Assembly (NCBI GenBank): GCA_964016885.1
Contig: OZ024742.1
Span: 91,760,001 to 91,824,000 of the forward strand
From: Eledone cirrhosa
Taxonomy: Eukaryota
Direction of reading: 5' to 3'
DNA: 64,000 nucleotides
Shown: piece by piece, positions 12,930 through 26,332 of the stretch
Numbering within the stretch: the first letter of the stretch is position 1
Layout of the letters: each line of letters starts with the position of its first letter
Notes under the pieces: model-generated
The model's input: the letters and a program-made list of their open reading frames with translations, nothing else
The model's database searches: none
Told to the model about the DNA's origin: nothing
Made by a program: the position numbers and the translations under genes

Positions 12930-14517
12930 GAGTTTGGACTAGATAAATGCGCCAAAGCAACGTTCACCAGAGGAAAGCTGCTGAAGAGTTCAGACATTAA
13001 TCTTGATCGGGGGAACGTGATAAGAGAACTTGATGAAGAAAAAACTTACAAATATCTAGGTGTTTGTGAAGGAGACGGAATCAAGCACTCGACAATGAGG
13101 GAAAGGATAAGGAAGGAATGTTACCGCAGAGTAAGAGGATTCTTAAGAACGGAATTGAATGCAAGGAATAGGATCGATGCCATAAACACGCTTGCCATAC
13201 CAGTAGTAACCTACAGTTACAATGTCATCAACTGGTCAAGAACAGAGATCCGTAGGCTCGATACAAAAATTCGAAAATTCTTAACCATGCACAGAATGCA
13301 TCACCCTAAGGCAGATATAGATAGAATATATCTCCCTAGGAAAGAAGGAGGACGTGGGTTAATCCAGTTAGACATTGCGTTGAAAACTGCAACAATTGGA
13401 TTATCTACATATCTAAGGGAATCACATGATTGGATGATCAAACTCGTTTTGAAACACGAAAGCATCAAAAGATCATATTCCATTACAAAAGATGCACAAA
13501 GATACAGTAATGGACTACAAATTTCAGAAGTCCCATTTACTGCTGAAATGGAAAACACAGAAAAAGCAAAGCAGGTAAAAGTAACTGCAAAGAAAGAACT
13601 GCTACAGAAACTGGCTAAGAAATGGCAAGAAAAGCCTCTGTATGGAAAATACCCAGAACGAGCTAACAATCCTGATGTTGACAAAACTTTAACCCATTAG
13701 TGGTTGGCATCCTCTGGACTGAATTCGGAGACTGAAGGACTGATTATATCAGCACAAGATCAGTGTCTGCCAACAAAAAATTGCCAAGCCAACATAATAA
13801 AAAATGGATGCAGCCCATTATGCCGTGTATGCAAAAAACAACCAGAGACAATTGACCATATAATTTCAATGTGCAGTCCTATAGCTCCAACCGAATACCT
13901 AAACAGTCATGACAGAGCTGCACAATACATACATGGATAATGTGTAAGCATTTTGACCTGCCCCATCAAAAGAATTGGTGGGAGCATCAACCACCTCCCA
14001 TACTTGAAAAAGATCACATCTCAATCCTGTGGAACTTTAGCATCCAAACAGACCGAAAAATAGATGCAAGTAGACCTGATATAATATTGAAGGACTTTAA
14101 AAAGAGGGTATACCTGCTAATTGATATGTCTGTTCCAATAGACAAGAATGTATCTATAAAAACATTTGAAAAATTGAGCAAGTATAAGGACCTGGAGATA
14201 GAAATTGGAAAAATGTGGAAATTGAGAACTAAAACAATAGGCGCTCTGGGAATGATACCTAAGGGGTCTATTGATTACTTATCGCAAATCCCAGGAAACC
14301 CGCGTATAGGAGAAATACAAAAGATAGTACTAATGGGAACTGCCCATATACTAAGGAAGATTCTGTCAATATAAGTACATCACAAGTCTAAACACTAAAG
14401 ATGCATGTGTGAGTATGTATGTTCTTTCTTGAACATGGCGGATCTTGTTGTCTCTTGAGGTCACTGGTTGTGACTTGGTGATAACTCGTATGAACATAAA
14501 GCAAGATAAATGCAACT

Positions 14518-14519
<2 letters not shown>
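12927..14519 (+). mobile_element. R4/Dong-type family A, 5'-truncated copy A2 (premature stop at 13698, frameshift near 13935)
   Basis: MEFGLDKCA, YKYLG, RIYLPRKEGGRGL, CRVC..ETIDHIISMC zinc knuckle, RPD endonuclease; 3' part near-identical to A1; AAT flanks. Confidence 0.93.
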
Positions 14520-14573
<54 letters not shown>

Positions 14574-14574
<1 letters not shown>

Positions 14575-15684
14575 CTGAACAAAAAGAAATGGATAGGAAG
14601 ACTAGGAAGCTATTGACTATCTACAACATGTTTCACAAGAGGAGTGATGTCGATAGACTCTACTTAAGGAGATCTGAGGGTGGAAGAGGTCTTATCAGCA
14701 TAGAGGACTGTGTTCAGATGGAGAAAAACAACCTACACAAATACGTGACTGATAGTAAGGAGCCAATGCTCAGAACTGTACTGAAGGAGGGGACAATAGG
14801 CCAGGGGATGTCCAAGGAGGAAATAACATCAAGGAGAAAGAGCAGCCTTCAGGAAAAATCCCTTCATAGTACCTTCTTTGAGAGAACTGAATTTAGAGAT
14901 CCACAGACATGGAACTGGTTGAAAAGAGGAGACCTTAAAAAGGCTACAGAAGGAATGTTAATGGCTGCGCAGGAGCAGGCCCTCAAAACGAAGTGGTTGA
15001 AACACCACATTTACAAGGAGGAGGCTAGCCCACTGTGCAGGACCTGTGGAGAGAGAGAGGAGACTGTGGCTCACATTGTATCCGAGTGTAAACACCTAGC
15101 CCACACTCACTATAAGGGCTGGAGACATGATGTGATGGGCAGGGTGATCCACTGGCACCTATGCAAAGTAAACAATTTACCACATTCTGAGAAGTGGTAT
15201 GAGCATATGCCAGAGGCGGTGATAGAAAACGATCAGGTGAAGGTGCTGTGGGATTTTAGGATACAGACGGACAAGAAACTGGAACACAATAGACCTGACC
15301 TGGTGGTTTTGGACAAAGAAAAAAGATCGTGTCTGATTGTGGATGTGGCCTGCCCATTCGACACGAGAGTGCAAGAGAAGGAGAGGGAGAAAATTAACCG
15401 ATACCAGGACTTAAAGTAGGAGGTAAAAAGGATTTGGAACTGCCATGAAGTCAAAGTGATCCCGATTGTCATAGGCGCACTAGGGACTATCTCAAAAAGT
15501 TTCCAGAGATGGTTAAAGAAAATTGGCCCCTTCACGCTTTTTGGAAAGCTTCAAAAGGCATGCTTGCTGGGAACAGCAAGAGCCCTCCGATACGTCCTGA
15601 ATATCTGAGGCTGCAGGTAGTGGGTTGATATTTATTTCAACAAACTTTCCAGTTAACTAACATCAATGACTGAGACTCAAAGAG
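14574..15684 (+). mobile_element. R4/Dong-type family B, 5'-truncated copy B1 (TGG to TAG at 15417)
   Basis: RLYLRRSEGGRGL, CRTC..ETVAHIVSEC, WRHD, NRPDLVVLD, IVDVACP; AAT flanks. Confidence 0.93.
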
Positions 15685-15691
15685 TAATAAC

Positions 15692-15732
<41 letters not shown>

Positions 15733-15733
<1 letters not shown>

Positions 15734-17273
15734 GGGTTGGGAAAGGGAGGGCTTACCATCAATCACCTCCTCTTCATGGACGATCTTAAGCTCTTCGGGT
15801 AGAGTGAGAAGGAGTTGGATGTGTTTGTTGACATTGTCCGTATTTTCAACAATGATATATGTATGCAGTTTGGTATTAGTAAGTGTGGAGTCATTGTGAT
15901 GAGGAGGGGTAGGTTGAGCAGAAGTAACGGAATCCAGATACCAACAGGTGAGATGATAAAGGAAATTGACTCTGAGGAAGGATACAAGTATTTGGGCGTT
16001 CTGGAGGCTGATGGCATGAAGAACAAAAAAATGAAGGAATTCTTAAGAAATGAATACATTCGGAGAGTAAGGAGCGTATTGAAGTCACATCTGAACAGCA
16101 GAAATGCCATAAGCGCAGTAAATTCCCGAGCTGTGTCTGTTATTAGGTACAGTGCGGGAATTCTGAGATGGAATGTTGCTGAACAAAAAGAAATGGATAG
16201 GAAGACTAGGAAGCTATTGACTATCTACAACATGTTCCACAAGAGGAGTGATGTCGATAGACTCTACCTAAGGAGATCTGAGGGTGGAAGAGGTCTTATC
16301 AGCATAGAGGACTGTGTTCAGATGGAGAAAAACAACCTACACAAATACGTGACTGATAGTAAGGAGCCAATGCTCAGAACTGTACTGAAGGAGGGGACAA
16401 TAGGCCAGGGGATGTCCAAGGAGGAAATAACATCAAGGAGAAAGAGCAGCCTTCAGGAAAAATCCCTTCATAGTACCTTCTATTTAGAGATCCACAGACA
16501 TGGGACTGGTTGAGAAGAGGAGACCTTAAAAAGGCTACAGAAGGAATGTTAATGGCTGTGCAGGAGCAGGCCCTCAAAACGAAGTGGTTGAAACAGCATA
16601 TTCACAAGGAGGAGGCTAGCCCACTGTGCAGGATCTGTGGAGAGAGAGAGGAGACTGTGGCTCACATTGTATCCGAGTGTAAACACCTAGCCCAGACCCA
16701 CTATAAGGGCTGGAGACATGATGTGATGGGCAGGGTGATCCACTGGCACCTGTGCAAAGTAAACAATTTACCACATACTGAGAAATGGTATGAGCATAAG
16801 CCAGAGGCGGTGATGGAGAACGATCAGGTGAAGGTGCTGTGGGATTTTAGGATACAGATGGACAAGAAACTGGAACACAATAGACCTGACCTGGTGGTTG
16901 TGGACAAAGAAAAAAGATCGTGTCTGATTGTGGATGTGGCCTGCCCATTCGACACGAGAGTGCAAGAGAAGGAGAGGGAGAAAATTAACCGATACCAGGA
17001 CTTAAAGTGGGAGGTAAAAAGGATTTGGAACTGCCATGAAGTCAAAGTGATCCCGATTGTCATAGGCGCACTGGGGACTATCTCCAAAAGTTTCCAGGGA
17101 TGGTTAAAGAAAATCGGCCCCTTCACGCTTTTTGGAACGCTTCAAAAGGCATGCTTGCTGGGAACAGCAAGAACCCTCCGATACGTCCTGAATATCTGAG
17201 GCTGCAGGTAGTGGCTTGATATTCATTCCAACGGACTTTCCAGTTAACTAACATCAATGACTGAGATTCAAGG
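15733..17273 (+). mobile_element. R4/Dong-type family B, 5'-truncated copy B2 (small deletion and frameshift near 16480)
   Basis: Starts just before INHLLFMDDLKL; ORFs 15815-16513 and 16510-17199; same 3' UTR as B1 and B3. Confidence 0.93.
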
Positions 17274-17276
17274 AAT

Positions 17277-17470
17277 AATAATTGTTTCTACTTTTGGCAC
17301 AAGGCCAGCAATTATTCCAGTGCATTACTGGTACTTCATTTTATCGACCGCTTAATGATGAAAGGCAAAGTTAACCTCGGTGCCATTTGAACTCAAAATG
17401 GCAAGGGCCTTAACTCTATGCGTCAAAGCATGGCGTTCGACCCTCTACCGATCCTGCCAATCCACCGCCC

Positions 17471-17471
<1 letters not shown>
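17277..17471 (-). mobile_element. tRNA-derived SINE (dominant family) inserted in the AAT tract
   Basis: Minus strand: A-box tggcaggatcgg, B-box gagttcaaat, gcctttcatc...gataaaat..agtaccag central domain, (ATT)n tail. Confidence 0.9.
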
Positions 17472-17511
<40 letters not shown>

Positions 17512-17520
17512 TTCGGACCC

Positions 17521-18797
17521 AAAATATATTGTTATAAGGCTCAAATATTCAAATATTCAACTTTGTATTGTACACTGTATATCCAAAAAAAAAAAAAAAA
17601 AAAAAAAAATGGCTATAAATGGAAGAAGAACCCCTCCCCTCCTCTCCTCTGGCTACACTATATAGGACAGCTAAACTCACCAACACCAGAAACTAGATAC
17701 ACCACCCACCCCATCATCTGTGTACACTAAACACAACAGCCAGATAACGACACATTTTCACCTTCACCGCCACCGCTCACTACGGCCATCATTACCACCA
17801 CTATCCCATCACCGCCGCCACCACCCCTTGACTCCGCTACAGCACCATCACTACAGTAATACGGTCACATCACCGCCACCACTGCCTCGGTATCGACATC
17901 ACCACCACCACTGTCTCAGTATCGCTAACGCCGCCAGTCTCCCACTTCCCTGCTGGCTGCCACTTCCACATTATAGAATTCCTACTACTAACAAAGAGGA
18001 AGGCATCAAAATATATAGATAGACCCAAAAGAAAAAAGAAAAAACAAACAACAAAACCAAAGCAGCACAGCAACAACAGCAAAAAACGAGAAAAACAAAC
18101 AGAGAAAAACAAAAACAAAAAAAAGAAACCCCAAAAACGTAAAGAAAATATATTGTTATAAGGCTCAAAACGTAAAGAAAATATATTGTTATAAGGCTCA
18201 AATATTCAAATATTCAACTTTGTATTGTACACTGTATATCCAAAAAAAAAAAAAAAATGGCTATAAATGGAAGAAGAACCCCTCCCCTCCTCTCCTCTGG
18301 CTACACTATATAGGACAGCTAAACTCACCAACACCAGAAACTAGATACACCACCCACCCCATCATCTGTGTACACTAAACACAACAGCCAGATAACGACA
18401 CATTTTCACCTTCACCGCCACCGCTCACTACGGCCATCATTACCACCACTATCCCATCACCGCCGCCACCACCCCTTGACTCCGCTACAGCACCATCACT
18501 ACAGTAATACGGTCACATCACCGCCACCACTGCCTCGGTATCGACATCACCACCACCACTGTCTCAGTATCGCTAACGCCGCCAGTCTCCCACTTCCCTG
18601 CTGGCTGCCACTTCCACATTATAGAATTCCTACTACTAACAAAGAGGAAGGCATCAAAATATATAGATAGACCCAAAAGAAAAAAGAAAAAACAAACAAC
18701 AAAACCAAAGCAGCACAGCAACAACAGCAAAAAACGAGAAAAACAAACAGAGAAAAACAAAAACAAAAAAAAGAAACCCCAAAAACGTAAAGAAAAT
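17521..18797. repeat. Near-perfect ~650 bp tandem duplication with a ~33 nt duplicated junction
   Basis: 17521-18150 matches 18183-18797 (identical ORFs offset by 648); junction has an extra tattgttataaggctcaaa-acgtaaagaaaata unit. Confidence 0.95.
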
Positions 18798-18959
18798 AAG
18801 AATGAAGAGAGAAGCAGGCGGACGGACAGAGAAGAGGGGGGAAAAAGTAAAACTTAAAAAACTAAAACTAAGTCAGACATTCGAACACTACATTACAATG
18901 AAACTTATGCTTATTCATTTCTGGGGCCCTTTCTGCCTGTGTGTTTGTTGTTTGTTTAT

Positions 18960-21900
18960 GTGTGTTCGTATACAGCGTGGTGATAATGCCACACAAGGGC
19001 CAAGTGGGATGGCGGATCCACAGATGGCTATGTAAACATACATTCGCCAATCCTCGATAAGAGTGTTTAAATATCGAACATAAACAGTTCGAATAACGGT
19101 GAAATGGAGACTAGAACGTCATGTGACAGACTCTCACCCAACAGGTGCCCCCTGGCTCAGCAGCAGGAACCTGACTGTCAACCAAATACTGCTGATGTTG
19201 GAGGAAGGAGAAGAAGGAAAGGGGCCAGAACCAACTGGACGAAAGAATTGAATAGAACTGTTATGCAATGCTACCTGAAAAGTAACCCCAAGGAGAGGGG
19301 CTACAGGAGACGGATGCATAACATCTGGAACGAGATTGGTTTATTTAAATTAGATGAACAAAAATTGGCCGGGCAGGCTCGGGTAATAAGAACTAATGGG
19401 TGGATAAGCGAGCTGGAACTGGAGGAACTGAGCAGAGAGAATGGCTTGGAGATGGCGGGTGTAGTATGCCAGACAAGCGAGCCGGTGGGAAATGAAGGTG
19501 AGGAGGTCCTGAGAACGGAGGAACCACCCGAAGCAGACAATGATCTGAGTACTGAGATAAATAATACCTGGAACAGAGATACGGCCACTGAGGAGATGAA
19601 TGCTGACGGGCTAGGACAAGATTCGGTTGACATCCTAAATTTAGTGGTAGATGAATTGAACAATGATAGTGGGAGACCTATGAACCTAAGATTTGTAGAC
19701 AGGAAAAAGTTAAAAGAAACAACAGCTAAGGTAAACAAAGTCATCCCATACCTTGAGGCGAGGAGCCTTCACCAGTGCAACAATATCCTCAGAGCAACAG
19801 CAAATACGGTGAGGAAACTACTTGGTATAAAAGCGAGAGGAAACAACAGACAAGAAAGAGCAGAGCCGTGGTGGAAGAAGCGACTGAGTGGGCAAATCGG
19901 GGAAATGAGAAATGACATAGGAAAGCTTGAGTCACTACTGAATGGGACACTAAAAAACATAGGCACTAAAAATAGACTGGAAATAAAATACAAAACTAGG
20001 AGTAAAAAGCTAAATATTATCATAGAGGAATTGAAGCAACGCATTGTAGCAAAGAGTGCAAAAATCAGGCGATACGAGAACAGAGTCAGTCAGTATAAAC
20101 AGAACCGCATGTTCGACAACAACCAGAAGATGCTGTTTGGACAGCTTGAGGGCAAAGAAAGAGGCAACGACTTGATCCCTGGGGCGGAGCAAACTAAAAC
20201 ATTCTGGAGAGGAATATGGGAGCAGGATGTTAGACACAATGCCCAGGCAGGGTGGATTGAGACAGTACAGAGGGAGATCGGTGAGCAGGCACAGCAACAG
20301 ACTGATTTGAGTATCACAGTTGAAACTCTTAAGGGGCAAGCCAAAAAACTAACCAACTGGAAATCACCAGGCCCAGATGGTGTGCAGGGGTATTGGATTA
20401 AACATCTAACATCCCTCCACCCGAAGCTGACGGCCATGTTCAATGACTGCTTGGTGTCGGGTGAGGTGCCAGAGTGGTTGACAAAAGGTACCACAGTTCT
20501 GATAATGAAAGACCGAATCAAGGGTAATGATGCTACCAACTATAGACCTATCACATGTCTGCCCGTAATGTGGAAACTGTTGACGAGCATTGTGTCTGAG
20601 GAAATCTACCATCACCTCCACACAAACAACTTGTTACCGGACGAACAGAAAGGATGCCGAAAGAAGTCACGTGGTACAAAGGACCAGTTGCTTATTGATA
20701 AGATGGTAATGGGGAATTGCAGGAGGAGACACACTGATCTTGCCATGGGATGGATAGACTACAGAAAGGCATTTGACATGGTGCCTCATTCCTGGATCAC
20801 CAAAAGCCTGGAGATCTTCAGGGTGGCAGATAACATCAGACAGTTGCTAGGCAGGAGTATGGGGTCCTGGGAGACAGAGTTGACATCAACTGGAGTATCC
20901 TTGGGAAGCGTGAAGATCAAGAGAGGTATCTTCCAGGGAGATAGCCTGTCCCCTCTGTTGTTTGTCCTTGCCCTGATGCCCTTGACCATTATGCCGCGAA
21001 AAGTGAGAGCAGGATACAAGTTGGGAAGGGGAGAGCTTACCATCAATCACCTCCTCTTCATGGACGATCTTAAGCTCTTCGGGAAAAGTGAGAAGGAGTT
21101 GGATGTGCTTGTTGACACTGTCCGTATTTTCAGCAGTGATATATGTATGCAGTTTGGTATTGGTAAATGTGGAGTCATTGTGATGAAGAGGGGTAGGTTG
21201 AGCAGAAGTAACGGGATCCAGATACCAACAGGTGAGATGATAAAGGAAATTGACTCTGAGGAAGGATACAAGTTCTGGAGGCTGATGGCATAAAGAACAA
21301 AAAAATGAAGGAATTGTTAAGAACTGAATACATTCGGAGAGTAAGGAGCGTATTGAAGTCACATCTGAACAGCAGAAATGCCATAAGCGCAGTAAATTCC
21401 CGAGCTGTGTCTATTATTAGGTACAGTGCGGGAAATTCTGAGATGGAATGTTGCTGAACAGAAAGAAATGGATAGGAAGACTAGGAAGCTATTGACTATC
21501 TACAACATGTTCCACAAGAGGAGTGATGTCGATAGACTCTACCTAAGGAGATCTGAGGGTGGAAGAGGTGTTATCAGCATAGAGGACTGTGTTCAGATGG
21601 AGAAAAACAACCTATACAAATACGTGACCTATAGTAAGGAGCCAATGCTCAGAGCTGTACTGAAGGAGGGGACAGTAGGCCAGGGGATGTCCAGGGAGGA
21701 AATAACATCAAGGAGGAAGAGCAGCCTTAAGGGAAAACCCCTTCATAGTACCTTCTTTGAGAAAACTGAATTTAGAGATCCACAGACATGGAACTGGTTG
21801 AGAAGAGGAGACCTCAAAAAGGCTACAGAAGGAATGCTAATGGCTGCGCAGGAGCAGGCCCTCAAAACGAAGTGGTTGAAGCACCATATCTACAAGGAGG

Positions 21901-22561
21901 AGGCCAGCCCACTGTGCAGGATCTGTGGAGAGAGAGAGGAGACTGTGGCTCACATTGTGTCCGAGTGTAAACACCTAGCCCAGACCCACTATAAGGGCTG
22001 GAGACACGATGTGATGGGCAGGGTGATCCACTGGCACCTGTGCAAAGTAAACAATCTACGACATTCTGAGAAATGGTATGAGCATAGGCCAGAGGCGGTG
22101 ATGGAGAACAATCAGGTGAAGGTGCTGTGGGATTTTAGGATACAGACGGACAAAAAACTGGAACACAATAGACCTGACCTGGTGGTTGTGGACAAAGAAA
22201 AAAGATCGTGCCTGATTGTGGATGTGGCCTGCCCGTTCGACACGAGAGTGCAAGAGAAGGAGAGGGAGAAAATTAACCGATACCAGGACCTAAAGTGGGA
22301 GGTGAAAAGGATTTGGAACTGCCATGAAGTCAAAGTGATCCCGATTGTCATAGGCGCACTGGGGACTATCTCCAAAAGTTTCCAGGGATGGTTAAAGAAA
22401 ATCGGCCCCTTCACGCTTTTTGGAACGCTTCAAAAGGCATGCTTGCTTGGAACAGCAAGAACCCTCCGATACGTCCTGAATATCTGAGGCTGCAGGTAGT
22501 GGCTTGATATTCAATCCAACGGACTTTCCAGTTAACCAACTTCAATGACTGAGATTCAAGG
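18960..22561 (+). mobile_element. Near full-length R4/Dong-type family B element B3 (5' boundary uncertain)
   Basis: Single long ORF with RT, zinc knuckle and RLE; short 3' UTR followed by AAT/AAC repeats. Confidence 0.93.
19104..22487 (+). pseudogene. Disrupted RT plus CCHC plus restriction-like endonuclease ORF (~1130 aa if repaired)
   Basis: KSPGPDG, NYRPITCL, EQKGC, WIDYRKAFDMVPH, RGIFQGDSLSPLLF, HLLFMDDLKL, CRIC..H..C, RPD..D; compared with B2 it has a 10-nt deletion at ~21272 and a +1 A at ~21433, giving a stop at 21291. Confidence 0.92.
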
Positions 22562-22582
22562 AATAACAATAACAATAATAAT

Positions 22583-22848
22583 GGACAAGAAATTAGAACA
22601 CAATAGGTCTGACCTGGAGAATCAAGGTCGCCCCGATTGTTATAGGCGCACTAGTTACTATCTCAAAGAGTTTCCAAGGATGGTTAAAGAAGATTAGTCT
22701 AGCCACGCTTTTTGGAACACTTCAAAAGGCATGCTTGCTGGGAATAGCAAGAACCCTCCGATACGTCCTGAATATCTGAGGCTGCAGATAGCGGCTTGAT
22801 ATTCATTTCAACAAACTTTCCAGTTAAATCAATGACTGAGACTCAAAG
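22583..22848 (+). mobile_element. Short, internally deleted, more diverged family B 3' fragment B4
   Basis: ggacaagaaattagaacacaatagg joined to the IPIVIGALG-like region, then ORF end and 3' UTR; AAT flanks. Confidence 0.88.
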
Positions 22849-22888
22849 AACAATAATAATAGTAATAATAATAATAATGATGATTATA

Positions 22889-23290
22889 GTATAGGCACAA
22901 GGCAAGTAATTTGGGGGAGGTGAAAGTCGATTAAATCGACCCCAGTACGTTACTGGTGCTTTATTTTATCGACCTCGTAAGGATGAAAGGCAAAGTTAAC
23001 CTCGGTGGGATTTGAACTAAAAACGTAAAGGACCGTAACTCTATGCCATGAAGCATGGTGTCCGACGTTCTACCGATACTGCCAATCCACCATACTAATT
23101 TTTTTTTCTACTTTTGGCACAAGAACAGCAATTACCAAGTACATTACTGGTACTTTATTCTATCGACCCCGTAAGGATGAAAGGGAAAGTTAACCTCGAC
23201 GAGATCTGAACTCAGTCGTAAAGGGACGTAACTCTATGTTGGAAAGCATAGCGTCTGACCCTCTACCGATACTGCTAATCCACCGCCCTT
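22889..23290 (-). mobile_element. Two tandem tRNA-derived SINE copies (22889-23092, 23101-23290)
   Basis: Same diagnostic motifs as 17277-17471. Confidence 0.9.
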
Positions 23291-23294
23291 TAAT

Positions 23295-23329
<35 letters not shown>

Positions 23330-23778
23330 AAACAAGAACAACAACAACAACAACAACAACACCAACAGCAATATTTCAGTTACGTAAACAATTGACCCCC
23401 AATACTGCCAAATATTTTTCACTGGGATAACTTATCTTTACCCATTTCGTATATTTTGTTTTTGTGATATAATCCGTTAACTAAAGTGTTAGGAGTGTCG
23501 ACTGTATGTCTATGCGTTTATGTTTAAAAACGTGTGTTTTATGGAGCCCATGTTAGTGTAGGTAGATTGTTAAGTAATCATTGATGTAACTACGTATCTG
23601 TTTGGGTGGTTCTGGTGGGTTCCGTTTGGAGGGTTAAGGGGGGGAGTATTTTCAGCTAGTTATAACGAAACTTCAACAATTATAGTTGTCATTAAGCCGA
23701 GATCAGCCATGATCGAGCAGGCCTATGGTCAAAAGTGATCCACTCGTGACCATCCCATCTTTAGTGTATAATAATTGT

Positions 23779-23946
23779 TTCTACATTTTGGCACAAGGCC
23801 AGCAATTACCCAGTGCATTACTGGTACTTTATTTTATCGACCCCGTAATGATGAAAGGCAAAGTCAACCTCAGCGGGATTTGAACTCAGACGTAACTATG
23901 CTGGAAAGCATGGCATCCGACCCTCTACCGATACTGCCGATCCACC
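23779..23946 (-). mobile_element. tRNA-derived SINE with target-site duplication gtatataataat
   Basis: Family motifs; 12-bp direct repeat at 23767-23778 and 23946-23957. Confidence 0.9.
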
Positions 23947-24633
23947 GTATATAATAATGATTACATTATCGAAATCCTGCTATCTTTTTTAAGGCGGTGT
24001 GTGTGTGTTGAGGATGATTGCTTTGCTATTTTAATTGTAGATTTACTTAAGACTGTTTAGCGAATCAATTACTCTTAAACAACATGTGTTAGAGATAATA
24101 AACTACACCTCATCCAATTATACTAATTAGAATATAAAGCAATGTTAAAGTCTTTCAGTCGTGTCTACTCTGAGAAATTGTCTATAAAAATAATTCACGT
24201 ATTCAGTGAACATTATAAGCAGATGTAATTATAAAACAGAAATTCATTTCCCATGACGATATCACCGTGAAGATTTTAAAAGAAAACAGGATTCCTGGAA
24301 TTTACATCAATATCTTGGAATTAATGAAGATATATATTAATTAATGTGAATATGAAGATGTATATTAATTATATGAATTAATGGGAATATATTATAAATC
24401 TTGAGAGTTAAATATGAGATCAATCCTCACTATATACAACAGTGTTTGATTCTAGTTAAAGTTTCACACTAACGGATTAATTGTCAATCAAGATTTCGTA
24501 TATAATTATTAGTTGTAAGGTACCAAACTTAATCTAAGGCGAATGTGATGGGGTGGCAGAATCGGCAGCGATTTCAGTTAAAATTTCCGTTGAGTGAGAA
24601 CACAGTCAATTTATTACTGAGAGAGAAAGAGAG

Positions 24634-24664
<31 letters not shown>

Positions 24665-24717
24665 GAGAGAAAGAGAGAGAGCGAGAGAAGAGAAGAGAAG
24701 ATGAGAGAGAGAGAGAG

Positions 24718-24794
<77 letters not shown>

Positions 24795-25248
24795 CAAGTT
24801 TTCAACATATGCTTTATTTATCGACCTCGAAAAGATGAATGGCAAAATTCAGCTCAATATGATTTGAACTAAAGTAAGTGAGCCTGAATAACTCACTTAT
24901 TTTAAATATTATGTTAATACATGCTGGACAACTAATTTCCGTTATTTTACACACTTTCTTTTCTCTCCTGGGTCAATAATGTTTGGTCTCCTTTTATATT
25001 TTGTAGAAGAATATTCTACCAGGATTCTTTCCTATTATGAAGAAATATGCCTTCGATATTGTTCTCCCTTCGTATATTTATATATTCAGGCTATCCTATA
25101 TGCATACCGCATTATATTATATTTTGGAAGATATTTAGATAGATAATATCATAGGGATATTTTCAAACAGCTACATATGATGGTTGTAACATCGTCGTTA
25201 TCAATTCCACAAGCTCTACAATGTGTTGATGTACATGTATTTAAGTAA

Positions 25249-25641
<393 letters not shown>

Positions 25642-25680
25642 TCATATATATATCGCTATTTCAGAGCAGCAATTCTAATT

Positions 25681-25761
<81 letters not shown>

Positions 25762-25763
25762 AA

Positions 25764-25855
<92 letters not shown>

Positions 25856-25869
25856 AAATATATATATAA

Positions 25870-25960
<91 letters not shown>

Positions 25961-25967
<7 letters not shown>

Positions 25968-26165
25968 AGATCAAAAGATGGTTAAAGGAGTTCCATGTAT
26001 TTTATTATGCGCATTTCAAAAACAAACATCATCATGCAATAATATTTGTGTTCTCCTGTTTTATCTGATGAAAACACAAATATTATTGCATGATGATGTT
26101 TGTTTTTGAAATGCGCATAATAAAATACATGGAACTCCTTTAACCATCTTTTGATCTTATATTAT
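25961..26165. repeat. Near-perfect fold-back hairpin, ~90 bp arms, with a decayed hammerhead-like motif
   Basis: taagatcaaaagatgg...aatatttgtgtt / aacacaaatatt...ccatcttttgatctta; right arm has atgatga...GAAA-tgcgca-UA then aataaa. Confidence 0.93.
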
Positions 26166-26248
26166 GTATACTCCAGTCCTACAAATTGTAGAGTGCTTCT
26201 TATCCGATATCTGCATTGCTTTATTGTACTACAATAAAACTCACCTCC

Positions 26249-26291
<43 letters not shown>

Positions 26292-26293
26292 AA

Positions 26294-26332
<39 letters not shown>

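Noticed and set aside
12891-14573. Poly-Ile and poly-Asn N-termini on retrotransposon ORFs
   Set aside because: Read-through of flanking (AAT)n into 5'-truncated elements
17720-18670. Duplicated His/Pro-rich 100 aa ORF
   Set aside because: Derived from CAC/CAT low-complexity sequence, non-ATG start, no domain or splice evidence
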